Of a stretch of DNA of 64,000 nt, positions 13,135-28,620 are shown piece by piece (position 1 is the stretch's first letter; each line of letters starts with the position of its first letter). Below the pieces are notes generated by a model, which had not been told where the DNA came from, did no database searches, and saw only the letters and a list, made by a program, of their open reading frames with translations. A program made the translations under genes and the position numbers. Origin of the DNA: Octopus vulgaris (Eukaryota); the NCBI GenBank assembly GCA_951406725.2, contig OX597837.1, forward strand, positions 18,724,001 through 18,788,000, given 5' to 3'.

Positions 13135-13479
13135 CAGACATACCTCAGCTTACGACGGTAATTGGTTCCAAGACATGCAACTTAAATCAAAAAACGACAT
13201 ATCAAGAAAAATCATTTTACAAAAAATATTAGATTATTACTGTTTTAAAAAATGATTTGTACATATTTTCACATGTATTTTAATCTGATTCTCCGCTTCA
13301 GTAATGGTTTTTAGTTTCTTTTAAAAATATTTTTATGCTTTGAAATAAGTTCTCTGAGACCGACGTAAAGTCGGATAAATGGACTGAACTTGAGGTTTAT
13401 TTATTAAAAAAAATAATAAATAAAACGTCGCAAAATCGAAAAGGGTTAACTCGAAACGAAGTAAGTTGAGATATGCCTG
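13135..13479. mobile_element. pogo/Tigger-like MITE
   Basis: TA|cagacatacctcagcttacgacg ... cgaagtaagttgagatatgcctg imperfect TIRs; no ORF. Confidence 0.6.
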
Positions 13480-15022
13480 CATTGTAGTATACGGCATGTG
13501 ATGTTATCAAACAATACATGACATGATATCTCCCGTAATGAATGCACTCATCAATGCCAAACAGTTTTTCTCTACATCGTTCTTGCTTTCTAGGACATTA
13601 GAATGTGAAGAGATATCTTATGAATACTTTTACAAATTCTTGAGTCAAGAAGAAAGTTTCTCAGTGATTTATCTTTTACTTGCTTCAGATCGACTTGTTT
13701 TAGTCGAACGAATCGTCCCCAGTTATTTATTTTGTAAAGCCTGGTACTTAATCTATCGGCCTCTTACAGCGGACCTCTAAACTCCGGGGATGTGAACAAG
13801 CCAACAGCGGTTGTTAAGCGTTAGTGGAGGATAAACACGGACACAAAGACACGCACATATGATGCGTATATTATATTTTTGCTTCGTTGCTTGTTTGGTA
13901 ACTTAGCATGTTCACATTGTTGACAAATACCTACCTACCTACCCACCTACATACATACATACATACATACAGACAGACAGACACATGCATATACATACAT
14001 ACATACATATATACATATATATATATACACACATACACACACATATATTCTTTTATTCATTTTAGCTGCGATCATGCTGGAGCAACTCCGTGGACGTGGT
14101 GCATCGGCCGGGAAACGAACCCGGGGGCCAACTGTGTGGCAGATATATATTTATATATAATATATACATTTAATATGATATATGTACATAGGTATATATA
14201 TGTATATGTATATGTATTTATCTTTGTCTTCTTCTCCCTCTCTCTCTATAGATATGTATAGACACACATACAGATGCGCGCGCACGCACGCACACATACA
14301 TATATATAATAAAATATAATATACGCATCATATGTGTTATATATGTGAGTGCCTGAGAAGTGTTTGCGTGTAATAACAAAACGAGATATGGGTGTGTGGG
14401 TACGCATGTGTTCGTATATGGATGCGTATTATATGTATGTTTATGTGTTAGTATGTGTATATGTACACGTCTCTGTGTGTGCGTGTGTGTGCGTGTTCGT
14501 TCAAGAATACCAATAAGGCAAGTAATTTAAATCTGATTAGATAATCTAGTAATCCCCAATTAAAACAATGTTTCGCCCCAGACAGTCCAAAATACTGATA
14601 TTCAGAACTTGTTACGTCATATCTAATCAAATACTACTCTTATGACCGCTTCTAGACACAAAAATTAAGACAGATTTTTAATTAATTCAATATTGCGTGA
14701 TGTAATTTCTTCCGTCCTAATTTTCTTTCTCTCTCGCTCTCTCTTTGGTCACCCTTTTTTTTTTCTAACTTTCGTTCTTAATCTCTCTCTACTCTCTTCA
14801 GAAAACTCTTTCCCAATTTATCTGATCCTCGCCGTTCTTTCTGACCCTCTTCACGCATTCAGTTACTCTATTTCGTTTTCTCTCTCTCTCTCTCTCTCGC
14901 TCTCTTTTTTACTATCCGGATTTTCTCATGCACTATTGTTATTCAGTCTACTTACCAACTTACTTATCACTCCATCCATGCATAAGTATGCGTGTATGTG
15001 TGTGTGGGTGTGCATATAGATA

Positions 15023-16299
<1,277 letters not shown>

Positions 16300-16330
16300 A
16301 TATATATATATGTATATATATATACCCACA

Positions 16331-16546
16331 CGAGGGGTACTGAAAAATCCCTTGCTTTGGGTAAAAGAAAATACAGGAGAATCAGTTAATCATAAATTTA
16401 TTCAACGTATTCTCCTCTCAGTTTCACACACTTATTTCAGCGATCCTTCAGTTTTTCTGAGCCCTGTAAAAGAACTCAGAAAGTTGGGCCTCCAACTAGG
16501 CCTTTCTCGATACTCTTCAGGCCTGGAACTTTTCAACACCTCCTCG
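16331..16546 (-). mobile_element. Mariner-derived MITE, deletion derivative of the family at 36750-38208
   Basis: TIRs cgaggggtactgaaaa / ttttcaacacctcctcg. 16331-16493 is the reverse complement of about 38040-38208. Confidence 0.8.
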
Positions 16547-16571
16547 TATACATACATACATACACCCCCCC

Positions 16572-16647
<76 letters not shown>

Positions 16648-16782
16648 TGAGAAAAAACCCACCTTTTATCAATTCAAAATGAAAAATTAAATTACACCAT
16701 CTAGAAAATTACATATAATAGAAATATTAAATATATGATAAAAATATAACGATGATTAAGTAATGTGCAAAATAATAAATAA

Positions 16783-16884
16783 AACGACACGTGTTTCGTG
16801 GCTATATTTAAAAAATGATTAGAGTAAAAATATTAGTAGAAGTAGTAAAATCACTTCAATATAAATATAGCCACTCATCAGGTT
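16783..16884 (-). ncRNA. Type I hammerhead ribozyme in a Penelope pseudo-LTR
   Basis: Minus strand: AAC-CUGAUGA-GUGGCUAUAUUUA..UAAAUAUAGCCAC-GAAAC-ACGU-GUC-GUU. Perfect 13-bp stem II, palindromic stem III loop, GUC triplet; lies downstream of a same-strand GIY-YIG relic. Confidence 0.8.
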
Positions 16885-16960
16885 AAATATAATTACAATA
16901 ATAAAATAATTAATTAATAAATATACGTAAATAATCTTTTGAAATATAAATATATTCTTT

Positions 16961-17080
<120 letters not shown>

Positions 17081-17233
17081 TATATAAGATACAAAATATA
17101 CATTAAGTGAAAACTAAATACGACACTTTAAACTATATACATTAAAAAAATTATTATATTTATTTAATAAACATCCAAATAAAGTCTAATACCCCTTACG
17201 CAATTAATACTAAAAAGCTTAATGTTAATTAAA

Positions 17234-18527
17234 ATACACAATGCTAGTACAAGCCATAAATACTGGAATCAAAAATAGGAAATAGTTCAAATATACACAA
17301 ACCCATTATATAAACTAAATTATTAAAATATATGTAGTATCTATAGATTTCATATTTCACTCAATAATATATTTGACCGAAATATTAATTAATATAAAAA
17401 CTAATTTACTTAAATGTAATACTAGTTGATAAATATACCACCTAATTATTAAATAATGTATTGTCAAACAAAATAATTCTCAAATTAAATTATATTTAAT
17501 ACGTTAAATCCCTTTATAAAAGTAATAATAAAGCATTCTAAATAAATAGATATAATAATTAATAACTATCATAACTTATAACTATCAATAAAATATATAT
17601 GAAAATAATAATATTTCAACAACAACAACAACAATAATAACAACAATAATAATAATAATAATAATCAAACCCAATATAATTCAAAAGCCAAATGATATTT
17701 ATAAGCAAAAACCGTTACTTAGCTTCTCGATGAAAATAATATAACTGAATTAGAAACGTAAAAAATATATAGGTCTTAGTGTTTATAAAAATTAAACGCG
17801 TGAAGACTTTATATAAACAAATAGAATAAATTATCAATGAAAATGGCGAAAACTATTTACTAATGAAAAATACGTAAAAGCTCTAAGCCCCATGAATTAA
17901 AGAAAGGTACGAAAAATAGTAGAACAAATGAACAATACACTATGAAGATATTCAATACAACCGACAGTCCACTACAAATCCAGTCAATAACAATCAAACC
18001 CAATATAATACAAACTCCAAATAATATTGATAAACAAATAACGTTACTAAGCTTATCGATTAAAATAATATAACTGGATTTTAAATGTATAAAAATAGGT
18101 CTTAGCGTCTTAATAAATATACACAATACTAGTACAAGCCATAAATACTGGAATCAAAAATAGGAAATAGTTCAAATATACACAAACTCATTATATAAAC
18201 TAACTAAATTATTAATATATATGTAGTATCTATAGATTTAATATTTCACTCAATAATATAGTTGACCGAAATATTAATTAATATAAAAACTAATTTACTT
18301 AAATGTAATACTACGTGATAAAATACCACCTAATTATTAAATAATGTATAGTCTAACAAAACTAATTCTCAAATTAAATTATATATAATACGTTAAATCT
18401 CTTTATAAAAATAATACTAAATCATATTAAATAAATAGATATCATAACTAATAACGATCGTAACTAATAACTATCAAGAACCTATAAATAAAAATAATAA
18501 TATTTCAACAACACCACCACTGTCACC

Positions 18528-18559
<32 letters not shown>

Positions 18560-18584
18560 CAATAATATAATAATAATGATGATG

Positions 18585-18616
<32 letters not shown>

Positions 18617-18626
18617 GATAATAATG

Positions 18627-18673
<47 letters not shown>

Positions 18674-18678
18674 TAATG

Positions 18679-18746
<68 letters not shown>

Positions 18747-19290
18747 TAGTAATAATCAAACCCAAAACGATTCAAAATCCAAATAATATTGATAAGCAAA
18801 AAACGTTACTTAGCTTGTCGATGGAAAAAATATAACTGAATTTTAAACGTAAAAAAATAGTTCATAGCGTTTATAAAAATTAAATGCGTGAAGCCTTTGT
18901 GTAAACAAATAGAATAAATTATCAATGAAAATGGCGAAAACTATCAATGAAAAATACGAAAACATCTAAAGAAAGGTGAGAAAAATAGTACAACAAATTA
19001 ACAATTTACCATGAAGACATCCAACTACAACTGACAGCCCACTATTAATTAATTCAATAACAATAACAACAACAATCAATCCCAATACAATACAAAATCC
19101 AAACAATATTGATAAACAAACAACGTTACTTAGTTTGTTGAGAATATAATATAACTGGATACTAAACGTTAAAGAATAGTTCTTAGCGTTTATAAGAAAT
19201 CAAACGCGTGAAGATGTTGTGTAAATAAATAGAATAAATTATCAATGAAAATGACGAAAACTATTTAATAATGAAAAATACGAAAAATAT
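17234..19290. repeat. Nested tandem duplications in the Penelope tail (about 885-bp unit plus about 330-bp subrepeats)
   Basis: atacacaat.ctagtacaagccataaatactggaatc at about 17234 and 18119; cgttacttag..cgcgtgaag..atcaatgaaaatg.cgaaaacta at about 17712, 18804 and 19124. Confidence 0.85.
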
Positions 19291-20279
19291 TTAAAACAAG
19301 TATTGCTTGTTTATCAGACCCTACATCACACTGTATCCGACTATTATTATTATTATTACCATCATTTCTACTAACCCAATCTACAACAAACCGTCAAATA
19401 CAGCCAAATGTATTCACAGCCGATTGCCTCCCTACCACCCCATCCCTCCCACCTCTCTCCAACTCACGAAGCCCAAACACATCTCACACTCACCATCAAC
19501 AAATAGTTTTCGTCATTTTGTTTAAAGTATTAATATAGCATATAATAATATAATAAATTATACTCTAATACTATTAAATCATTTCTACAATAAATAAATA
19601 ACATAAGACGAAATAAGGTTTAATACATACTGAAAGATAAGTTAAATGTATTATATAGGTACATAAAATTATTATAGCATTTAATTTTAAATGACTATTT
19701 ACTATAAATTTAAAGTCTAAATAATAAGTAAACTAAATATATATATATTATATTTAAATTAATTTATATTACTATAATAAATATATCTTTAAAATTTATA
19801 TAATTATTTATTTATTAGCTAAATCTATTATATAGGTAATTTAATTTATGTTTACATTTAATTTTACGTTCCTCCAATGAGTTTACTAACGCTTAGTTAT
19901 TATTAAATAATATTTCTTTAAATTCTTTATCACACAGTGAACAATAATTACTCCCTATAGAATATGATTTAGCCCTACAAATAATCTCCCAATTTAATTA
20001 ATATTTAATGGATCTAGATTTAAGGTCCCAAATATATTTACTGAGACCTGTTGAATTTATAAGATTTTTATTCTTAAAAGAATACATATGTTGAGGTACT
20101 CTAGATTTAATTTTATTCGAAGTGGACCCTATACAAATAGTATTTAAATTGTGATAATTCAAATTCTTATCATCTATTATAGTTACCAGACACTTATAGA
20201 CTACATTATCTAAATTACAATTATTATTAAATTTACATGTAGTCTTATCCCTACATGTCCAATAAATTAAATCTTGGTC

Positions 20280-20318
<39 letters not shown>

Positions 20319-20568
20319 GGAATCAATATTTAATCTATCTTTATAGATTTCTTTAATTTAAATATATTACATGAAAAAATAATATTACCAACATTATTCG
20401 TAGTTGAATACCCAACTCCAAAATTATCATTAGAAAAAATGTTATAGTATTTTTTATTATCCCTAATGGATATTTCAATTATATTAAAAATCTCTTTAAT
20501 AAGATTTGTTTTAACCTGAGCCCCAAAAGGAACGATTAACCATATTTTATTTTTATTTTTATCTTTTA

Positions 20569-20649
<81 letters not shown>

Positions 20650-21434
20650 CATCATTATTACTATATTTATTTGTAATATTAAATTTATTATCTTCATTAA
20701 TTGAATTAAATTTTATCTTATTTTTATTTTTATTTATATTACTCTTTTTATTTTTTATTCTAATATTAAATTTATGATTTACATCATCGACGATAGATAC
20801 CTAAATAAAATTTATCACAATTCATATAATTAGGTTAATCATTATAGGTTAATCACTAAAATTATTCTCCTTTAAATTATAATTGTTTACAAATACTAAA
20901 TAATTTAATATTATTATTGTACCCTACCTCATGCAGGGCTTTATTATAATAAGGTGCATGTTTATAAAAAATCTCTAAATCATAAGAAAGTAATGATATT
21001 CTTTTACCTACGTTATTTATCAACGATTTTTTAACAGAAAGTGGATGATTACAATAAGCATTAATATATCAGATTTTATGGAATGGTTGGGATTTACCCG
21101 TTATTAAATTAAAATTAACATTATATTAAAACTAACATTATATTAATTAAAATTATAGTCTATCAAATATATACGTTTTATTTATTATTTTGCACATTAC
21201 TTAATCATCATTATATTTTTTATCACATATTTAATCTTTCTATTATATGTAATTTTCTAGAAGGTGTAATTTAATTTTTCATTTTGAATTGATAAAAGGT
21301 GGTTTTTTTTTCTAATTTATATATATATTATATTTTGTGAAATTTGATTTAGTATTTCTAAATTGAATTTTTCCCTGTAGGTTTGGAATAATATTCCTTC
21401 ATATTATATATATATCTATATATTATATATATAT

Positions 21435-21517
<83 letters not shown>

Positions 21518-21773
21518 TAGCTATATATGTACACACATATACATACATACTTTTGTAAAGAGAGTGTGTGGAAGGAGAGAGAAAGTGCTACATAATCATA
21601 TAATCACGTATATCCGTTTACGCATGCATACATACACGGGCAAACCAAGAGATATCTCAGTATCTCCCCCCCTCTCTCTTCCCTCTCTCTCCCCTCCTCT
21701 CTCTCTCTCTCTCTATTTATCTATCTCTATGTATATATGCTATTTTATCAAAGCCGATGAAAACTTTGAAAAG

Positions 21774-21895
21774 TGTTACTCAGAGTAGCCGTTCATCAGA
21801 CAGTTGTGATAATACAGACTACGAAAGAAATTTGTAATTTTTTAAAACCAGTTTATATTATCTAAAGAACGCTTACGTGAAACTCTGAGTAACTA
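21774..21895. ncRNA. Two broken hammerhead relics in divergent orientation
   Basis: Plus 21861-21895: CUAAAGA-ACG-cuua-CGU-GAAAC-UCUGA-GUA (G5 changed to A). Minus 21774-21802: UGU-CUGAUGA-ACGGCU-[deletion]-ACUCUGAGUA-ACA. Both share stem III ACUCUGAGUA. Confidence 0.5.
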
Positions 21896-22576
21896 AATAT
21901 TTTTTCAGTTTAATAAAATAGCATCTTACTTTAGCTTTGAAATTCGAGTACTATTTTTGGCACCTATGTGCAAACGTGTGTATGTATATATGTGTCTATA
22001 TATACCGAGTGAGAAATCAATAAATAATACACTATGTGTACTTGTATATATATGTATATATATTTTTCGCGTATAACACTTCACCATCTGAAGCTGTTCT
22101 ACTTAATATGATTTACTTCCTAAATTACTCAATATGATCTCTCATTCTATACTAGCTCTCATTACTGGCTGAAAGAATTCTGTTCAGTTTTAGGAGTCTA
22201 TAGAGTTTGTATATATATATACATATATATACACGCACACACACATATTTTTATCTTTTCTTTTAGTTGTTTCAGTTATTTTGTTGCAGTTGCTGCCGTC
22301 ATTCTTATTTGTGTGCTGTTGCTGTTGACGATGTTGTTGCTGTTGTTTTTGTTGTTATTGTTGTTGTTCACGATGTTGTAGCTGTTGTTGTTTGTGTTGT
22401 TGTTGCTGTTGCAGCTGTCAAAATATGGTGGAACCCAAATTCGCTCCCTGAAAAATACTATTTTAAACAATTTACAACATTTCGTAAATAAAATCAGCGC
22501 AACTACTATATACATTCACGCGTAGACATATATAAACATACAGAGTGTAAGATACACAGACATAATACAACGCCCC

Positions 22577-22617
<41 letters not shown>

Positions 22618-23029
22618 AAACTAATATAATTTAGATCTGCAACCCAATGATAGTAATATTTACTTTGTTTTTCTGTGATTCTGTACATGGCTAAGATGAT
22701 GTGGTGCAGTGAAAGCTATGATATCCTTTAATAACTGATATCCTAGATTTTATCCATGCACAGGTGTTGCTTGCTAATATAAATGGGTAAAGCATTTTTT
22801 TTTCTTGGTGCTCAGTTAACAAAATATGGTAATACTTATGCGTAAAGCAACAAGAGCACAAGGGAACTTAGAAGAGTTGTCAAGAGCCCTGTGAAAAAGT
22901 CTCATTTATTCGCGAAAACCGCATCTGTGGAATCGGATCGTCCGTACGCATGGAGATGATACCTGTTCAGCACCGTATTTCGAATAACGTCTACTGCTTT
23001 CTTGTCGACTCTCTGTTTACTTGAGTTGT

Positions 23030-23115
<86 letters not shown>

Positions 23116-23161
23116 ACACATACACATACACACACATACACACACACACACACACACACTT

Positions 23162-23224
<63 letters not shown>

Positions 23225-23561
23225 TACTTACGACGAGCTTCTTCCAGTTTCCGCCTACCAAATCCATTCACAAGGCTTTGGTCGGCCGGAGTTTATAGTA
23301 GAAGACACTTGCCCGACTCGGAACCATGTGGTTGGGAAATAAACTTCTCACCACACAACCGCGCTTTTATATATTTGAGAATGGACTAAACAAAACAGGA
23401 AGAGACACGTGAGATGGAGAGTTGCTGAAGAGGTCACAGAATGCGTGACGAAAGATTTCAGAAAAGGATACTAAAATAATAACAATAAAGCTGAAGTGTA
23501 GCTCGAGCATATAGTGCGTATGTTTATTTGGCAAAAAGAAGATCATCCCAATATATAATGC

Positions 23562-23625
<64 letters not shown>

Positions 23626-23693
23626 CATACATATATATATGCATTCATACACACATATATATAAACATATACATATGTATATATGCACATACA

Positions 23694-23736
<43 letters not shown>

Positions 23737-23759
23737 CGATCTATCTATCTACCTACCTA

Positions 23760-23820
<61 letters not shown>

Positions 23821-23957
23821 CATCGAAATTAGTGGTCTTGTCCCGAAATTTTAACATTTTAAGTCGGGCTGACAATTGCCGAGTAAAGTGACAACAGGTC
23901 AGATATCTTTTTCCCCACTGTGAAACTTAAATAATTAGTTGTAAATATAATGCTGCA

Positions 23958-24027
<70 letters not shown>

Positions 24028-24904
24028 ATATATATATATGTATGTATATATATATATGTATGTATGTTTGTATATATATATATATATATATATATAGGTG
24101 TGTACACTCATACATCCACATCACATGCATGCACTCACACACATACACATATAAACAGTTGCAGATGTTTTGCATATAATCGAATTTTTTTCTTTCCATT
24201 TCAATCACCAAAACATCCGTTTTGCATTCTTATATGAAAGAAATAAAGACGTAGAAAAAAAAACGAAACATTCCTAGTGTGAAACAAGAGATAAACTTAG
24301 AAATAAATTACTTAATCACACACGCACTCACACGTATACACACATACACACATACACACGTACGCATGCACACATACACACACGCACACGCGCACGTACG
24401 CACACACATACACACACACACATACACACATTAGACAAATAAACTTTCCAGTGAAATCATTCTTTTCTCTAAAGACAACAGTGAATTTCGACATTTTAAA
24501 CTTCTCATCTGTTGACTGGTGGCGATTTACTGTAGTGCTGTCTGATCCCTCGAATGAGAAGCCTCTCTTATAAGGAATGGGAATTAGTTATTTATTATCA
24601 GCATATCGAAAGTTTTTCTATGATAAATGTTGCCGTTACATTTGGTTTTATTGTAGAAACTTCTATACTGAAAACGTATGGATCTACGTATGTTTATATG
24701 CATATACATACATACATACATACATACATACATACATACATACATACATACATACATACATACATACGTACGTACGTACGTACGTACGTACATACATACG
24801 TACGTACGTGTGTGTGTAACGGTTTTAATAGATTTGTAAACATTATTATGAAATGTCGGTGGAGGCAGTGGTAACAATAATAATTTGTGGTTATAATTGT
24901 TTAC

Positions 24905-25564
24905 TGTAGGATGTGAAAGATGAACAACGCATGAAGTTTAAAGAAAGTATTTATTTACCGTTACGTTACAATACCTTGCTTCGACGAGCAAGTTATAATA
25001 TATCCAAAAGCATGCGAAGTAAAGTTTGTGTTTGTGTCTCCTTCATTGTTTAGTAGTAAATACAGAGAGAGAGATAGAATGATGTTGTAAGAGAACAGAA
25101 TTGGAGCTAGTGAGAGAGTGTGGGACGTTGTCTTTCTTTTCCTTCTGGTCGTGTTGTCTGCCTGCCTCCATGATTCTAGTGCTCAGTTCACTAACTGATG
25201 TTAGCTCTCTCTCAACTCACGAGTTTGTAACCAAGGTGACTAACTCCGTTGAGTCGTCACGACTGTGACGAACTGATATTTGTTTGGGGTGTGCTTGCTT
25301 ATATAAAGATCCAGAAGGATAGATATATCATTGAGAACAATAGATTTACTTGGTGGTCTTGTTATCTCTATTCTAGCTTTTGATGAAGTAGAAGAGGTTA
25401 GAAAGGGTCAAGTGGTGAAGACATTATTTCGGCCTAGCTAAAGGCATCTGGAAAATGTAAAACTGCTGTCAGAGAAAAACCATTGTTCCACCATGGGAAC
25501 AGTTCTGTTGCAGTGTTAATTTAAATTTGGCTGTGGTGGATCGAATCCACTTTGTGCTTGCAAA

Positions 25565-25568
<4 letters not shown>
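24905..25568 (-). mobile_element. Possible solo LTR
   Basis: Bounded by TGTA..TACA. On the minus strand a TATATAA box near 25300 precedes AATAAA near 24952, about 45 nt before the terminal CA. No target-site duplication seen. Confidence 0.3.
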
Positions 25569-25639
<71 letters not shown>

Positions 25640-25667
25640 GAGGATATAAATTATATATATATATATA

Positions 25668-25710
<43 letters not shown>

Positions 25711-26606
25711 TATCAGCGTACGTACACTTTGGTCTCGTATATGTAAGTACACATTTTTCTAAATCTTGTACGACTCTATTTCTGTCTATCAGCCCTTTCA
25801 CACTTATTCTTCATTCCACTCTTTGCTCTTCCATTCCCTCTCTCTCACATTTCTTTGCCTTTCCTTCTTACTCACTTTCCCTCCATTGTCTTCAGAACAC
25901 AACGAGTCCGAACGAAAGCTGCAAGACATTTTTTTCGATGGTCTAAATGATCTGCCGATTCACTGCCTTGGATCAATACTCTTTTTTTTAGAAATCTCCA
26001 AAATCAGAGCGAAGAAATTTGGAAATAATAATGCAAAGAATTTTAACTAATGCTCTACTGATTCTTCCAATTCGCCGCTCTCCTCAGCCACAAGATGAGG
26101 GTGAACAGAATTCCACTTATTGCAGCAATTAGCTTCTTCTAAATCAACCCCAAGTAAGAATAACCACTAGTTTAATTCAAGAAAATATGCGAGGACTTTT
26201 TCTGGATTTTTAAATATAAATCTTAATAATTAATGTTCGAAATGGGGAACTTTCGGATACGGGAAACTTTCGGATATGGGGAACTTTCGGATAATTTATC
26301 CTTTAACTTTACCTATTTCAGCCATTGAACTACGGACAAGCTGGGGCTCCGCCTTGGAGGGTTTTAAAGTCGACCACTTATTTTTAATGACTGGTATTTT
26401 CCGTCTTCTTTGCTGAATTGCTCGTTTACGGAGACGAAGACAAACCACTTTTCAACAAGTGATGCGGGGACAAACACAAAGATACACACAGGCAGGTGCA
26501 AATACATACATACATATATACATACTATATACATACATATACATGTCTACATACATACATACATGCATGCTTGCATATATACATAAATGTATATATATAT
26601 ATATAC

Positions 26607-26642
<36 letters not shown>

Positions 26643-27254
26643 GTATATATACACAAACATGTATATATATATATAGACACATATATATATACATACATAT
26701 GTACATACATGCATACATACATATGTACATACATGCATACATACATACGTACTACTCCTAATGTCTTCTTTCCTCCCTTAGCAAAAGGGATACATATGAC
26801 AATATTTATGACAATACCTAGCCTTGAGTTATCAACTCACTCTTGTCCTTTATTCAAAACAGGCACAGTCTTCTAGTCTTAGAATTAGTAGTTGATAAAG
26901 GGATAAATGAATTAGAGATGAAGTACAATCCTTTACAAACTATGACCCCACTGGGCTTCAGGCGATTCTTGGAAGTGTAGTCTATTCTTAGCTACAAAAG
27001 CGACAACATGATTTTCTTCCATCTTCTTGCTCTGTATTTGAGAAAAATTATATTAATGTGTCCGACTAGTTAAAATTCTATTTATTTATTTGTACAGCTG
27101 AAGATAGCAATGCATTGATGTAATGATTGCATTGTTCAATTAAATGGCACTGCTTGAAACAGTAGTAGTGCATCATTACTTGACATCCTGTTGCTTATTT
27201 GGATTTTATTCACCTTACTTCGAGCTGTGCAGATAATATCTAAGATACGGGGAC

Positions 27255-27517
27255 GTAAATACATCAGTATCGGTTGACAAGCGATGTTGCGGGGACAAAC
27301 ACAGATACACAAAAACACACATATATATATACATATATGCGACAGGTTTCTTTCGGTTTCCGTCTACCAAATCCACTCATAAGGCTTTGGTCGGCCCGAG
27401 GCTATAGTAGAAGACACTTGCCCAAGGTGATACGCAGTGGGACTGAACCCGGAACCATGTGGTTGGTAAGTAAGCTACTTACCACACAGCCACCCTGCAT
27501 ATATATATATATGTATG

Positions 27518-27561
<44 letters not shown>

Positions 27562-27616
27562 TAGACAAATAGATAGATAGACAGAGAGAGATAAATATAC
27601 ATATATATATACATAC

Positions 27617-27687
<71 letters not shown>

Positions 27688-27700
27688 CACATACATACAT

Positions 27701-27773
<73 letters not shown>

Positions 27774-27895
27774 CAACTAGTTTCTTTCGGTTTCCGTCTA
27801 TCAAATCTACTTTTAAGAGTTTGCTCGGTCCAGAGCTATAGTAGAAGACACTTGCCCAATAGCCCATTCAGTGGGAGTGAGCCCAGAACCATGTG
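27255..27895 (-). mobile_element. Two partial family A SINE copies (27255-27495, 27775-27895)
   Basis: Match 1561-1948 (gtttccgtctaccaaatccactca..gctatagtagaagacacttgcccaa). Other partial copies at about 13670-13860, 23228-23365, 26310-26490, 31510-31690 and 57570-57780. Confidence 0.8.
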
Positions 27896-28620
27896 ATAGG
27901 GAACCGCTTGGCTGAGATTGACCTTCAACTCTGCTGTGCATGCGCACTAAGTTGTAACGTTCTAGATCAATTCCGCTGTTTACAGCAGTGCTTGGAAGGA
28001 AGGTGTGTAGCGTATGATAATCACATTGACCAAACATTTTGCCAAAAGTATGGTGATACCTGCTCAGTGGCCTGTGCAAAGTTTTCAAGAAGTTTTCATC
28101 GTTCTAGACACAATTAAGGAGATCTTATGCAACTGAAACTTGATTGTCTTTTTGGTCAGCTGAAAGCAGTTTTGGCAGACACGCGTCTCATACTCAAAAC
28201 TTCAGTGATAATGGACGGAACTGAACCATAACTAATCTGCACATCCTCTGATAACTCACGGTTAGTGATTTGACGATTTCTCCTCTCACAGCTGCCCACA
28301 CATCTGCGATGTTTTTCTCAATTCTGCTGATTGCGGATCCCGCAAAGCGTTCGTCAATATCGACATTTATTCTGCCATCTTGGAAACGTCTGAACCACTC
28401 GTACACTTGTGTGCAGCTCATACACTCCTCTCCATACACTTTCTGCGACTTTGTGTAGGCCCCTCTTCCAAGCACTGCGGTAAACATCGGAAGTAAACTA
28501 GAACATTAAAGCTTAGAGCGGATGCACAGCAGAGTTCAAGGTCAATCTTTGCCAAACGGCTTCATTCTGCGTGCTTTAGCTTCGTTAGTATGGCAACAGT
28601 CCGGATTGATCAGACCTAGT
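27895..28620 (-). mobile_element. Rearranged mariner 5' fragment (HTH region) with an internal inverted duplication
   Basis: ORF 28194-28487 QKVYGEECMSCTQVYEWFRRFQDGRINVDIDER. About 27900-27964 pairs with 28498-28562; TIR-like tgatcagacctag|TA at 28620. Confidence 0.75.

Noticed and set aside
22255-22520. Possible exon after stacked acceptor-like sites
   Set aside because: Mostly (GTT)n low complexity, with no convincing donor or coding similarity.
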